Program-made: the position numbers and the translations under genes | Notes under the pieces: model-generated | Told to the model about the DNA's origin: nothing | Database searches by the model: none | The model's input: the letters and a program-made list of their open reading frames with translations, nothing else | Part shown: one piece after another, positions 63,347 through 64,000 of the stretch | How the letters are laid out: each line of letters starts with the position of its first letter | How positions within the stretch are numbered: position 1 is the first letter of the stretch | Assembly: GCA_016285175.1 (NCBI GenBank) | Contig: JAEEQF010000001.1 | Location: 32,099 to 96,098 of the forward strand | Reading direction: 5' to 3' | DNA from: Bacteroidales bacterium | GTDB lineage: Bacteria; Bacteroidota; Bacteroidia; Bacteroidales; UBA932 | Length of the DNA stretch: 64,000 bases

Positions 63347-63686
63347 CTTGTACTGCGCACAGCACCTCCTCCATATTGCTTGCAATAGCGGCATACGGAA
63401 GCACTTCGGGGGCGTTGTAGATAAAGAGGATGTCCGTCGCGGCAGGCAGCAGGGCCTTTTGCCGACGGTACGCTTCGCGGATGCGGCGCTTGAGCAGATT
63501 CCGCTTTACGGCACGTTTGAAACTGCGTTTGGGGACGGAGACCAAAATGCGGGACGGGCCTTCCTCGCGCCGCAGATATCTATAGCGCAGGCAGCCCTTG
63601 ACTCCACCCTTCCCCTGTCCGAAGAGTGCCTCCACAGCTTTCTTGCCACAGAGCCGCTCGGACTTGGAGAGGGTTTCACCGGTCAT
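63321..63686 (-). CDS. rnpA: ribonuclease P protein component
   Basis: 121 aa, basic. LSKSERLCGKKAVEALF and KRAVKRNLLKRRIREAYR are typical. rnpA-yidD synteny. Confidence 0.88.
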   Translation of the reverse strand: MTGETLSKSERLCGKKAVEALFGQGKGGVKGCLRYRYLRREEGPSRILVSVPKRSFKRAVKRNLLKRRIREAYRRQKALLPAATDILFIYNAPEVLPYAAIASNMEEVLCAVQASVNQAIT

Positions 63687-64000
63687 TTTTGGAGGCTTTC
63701 CAGATACTGTTCAATGGCGCTGGCCACGGACGGGGCTTCCGGAGAGGGAGCCTTCACGTCTATGCGCAGCCCGGCTTCTTCCATGGCGCGGACGATGGAC
63801 CGGCCGTAAGAAACCATCTTGATGTCTCCCTGCTGGAAATCCGGGAAATTCTCCTGGAGGGATTTTACATCGGCGGGGTTGTAAAAAACTATCATGTCGT
63901 AGCTCTGCAGGTCCTTTTCGTGCAGGTCCTGGCTCACGGACTTTACAAATACGCCGGTGGAATAGTCCAGCTTATGGGCCTGGAACAGGGACGTAATGGC
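63683..64000 (-). CDS. uroporphyrinogen-III synthase-like protein, C-terminal part (gene continues beyond the window end)
   Basis: The frame stays open to position 64000. The C-terminal sequence (IVFYNPADVKSL...MVSYGRSIVRAMEEAGL) resembles the HemD-like gene that precedes rnpA in Bacteroidota as I recall. ATGA overlap with rnpA. Confidence 0.45.
   Translation of the reverse strand, partial: AITSLFQAHKLDYSTGVFVKSVSQDLHEKDLQSYDMIVFYNPADVKSLQENFPDFQQGDIKMVSYGRSIVRAMEEAGLRIDVKAPSPEAPSVASAIEQYLESLQK

Noticed and set aside
1-64000. CRISPR arrays, rRNA genes, IS elements, toxin-antitoxin or known defence systems
   Set aside because: Reading both strands, I saw no regularly spaced repeat arrays, no transposase- or integrase-like ORFs and no nuclease/ATPase/methylase gene sets typical of defence islands. 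The window is core-genome-like throughout.

Overview
The window looks like a visibly GC-rich (strong GC3 bias; not computed) chromosomal segment of a Bacteroidota genome, probably Bacteroidales. The taxon call is inference only. It rests on repeated TAnnTTTG -7 promoter boxes, DUF3575 and DUF2723 proteins, a PSP1/GldH-like pair, rnfBCDGEA gene order and a PG0541-like protein after an RND pump; a Rikenellaceae/Alistipes-like genus is a guess.

Content is mostly core housekeeping and energy metabolism:
- xth, cysS, and a Wza/Wzz export pair
- a DcuA/B C4-dicarboxylate carrier, tRNA-Arg(UCU) and proC
- a trimeric NuoEF-type [FeFe] hydrogenase (hydB-hydA-hydC) with the maturases hydF and hydG
- a complete Rnf complex preceded by RseC-like, DUF3108 and dnaB genes
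- a long, uninterrupted minus-strand gene run: merR, trmB, PSP1, holB, ispB, LOG, trxA, a TolC/MFP/RND efflux system and lgt
- pgk, a DUF2723 membrane protein, an acyl-AMP ligase/ACP pair, menG/ubiE, yidD, rnpA and a partial hemD-like gene

I saw no CRISPR array, rRNA, transposase, integrase or recognisable defence genes.

The most unusual items are:
1. A four-gene outer-membrane locus (15.1-22.8 kb). It has two DUF3575 barrels, an 819-aa composite protein and a 1222-aa protein built of three tandem ~350-375-aa beta-barrel-like modules.
2. Three small repeat families, each with two copies, sitting at gene junctions or 3' ends. One appears to be inserted in frame in trmB.
3. An ATGA-coupled acyl-AMP ligase/ACP pair convergent with a large GNAT-like protein.

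Many very long ORFs in the track are antisense shadow ORFs typical of GC-rich DNA, and I rejected them. The ORF track also uses TTG/GTG starts, so several 5' ends were trimmed to a downstream ATG where signal peptides or promoter boxes support that.
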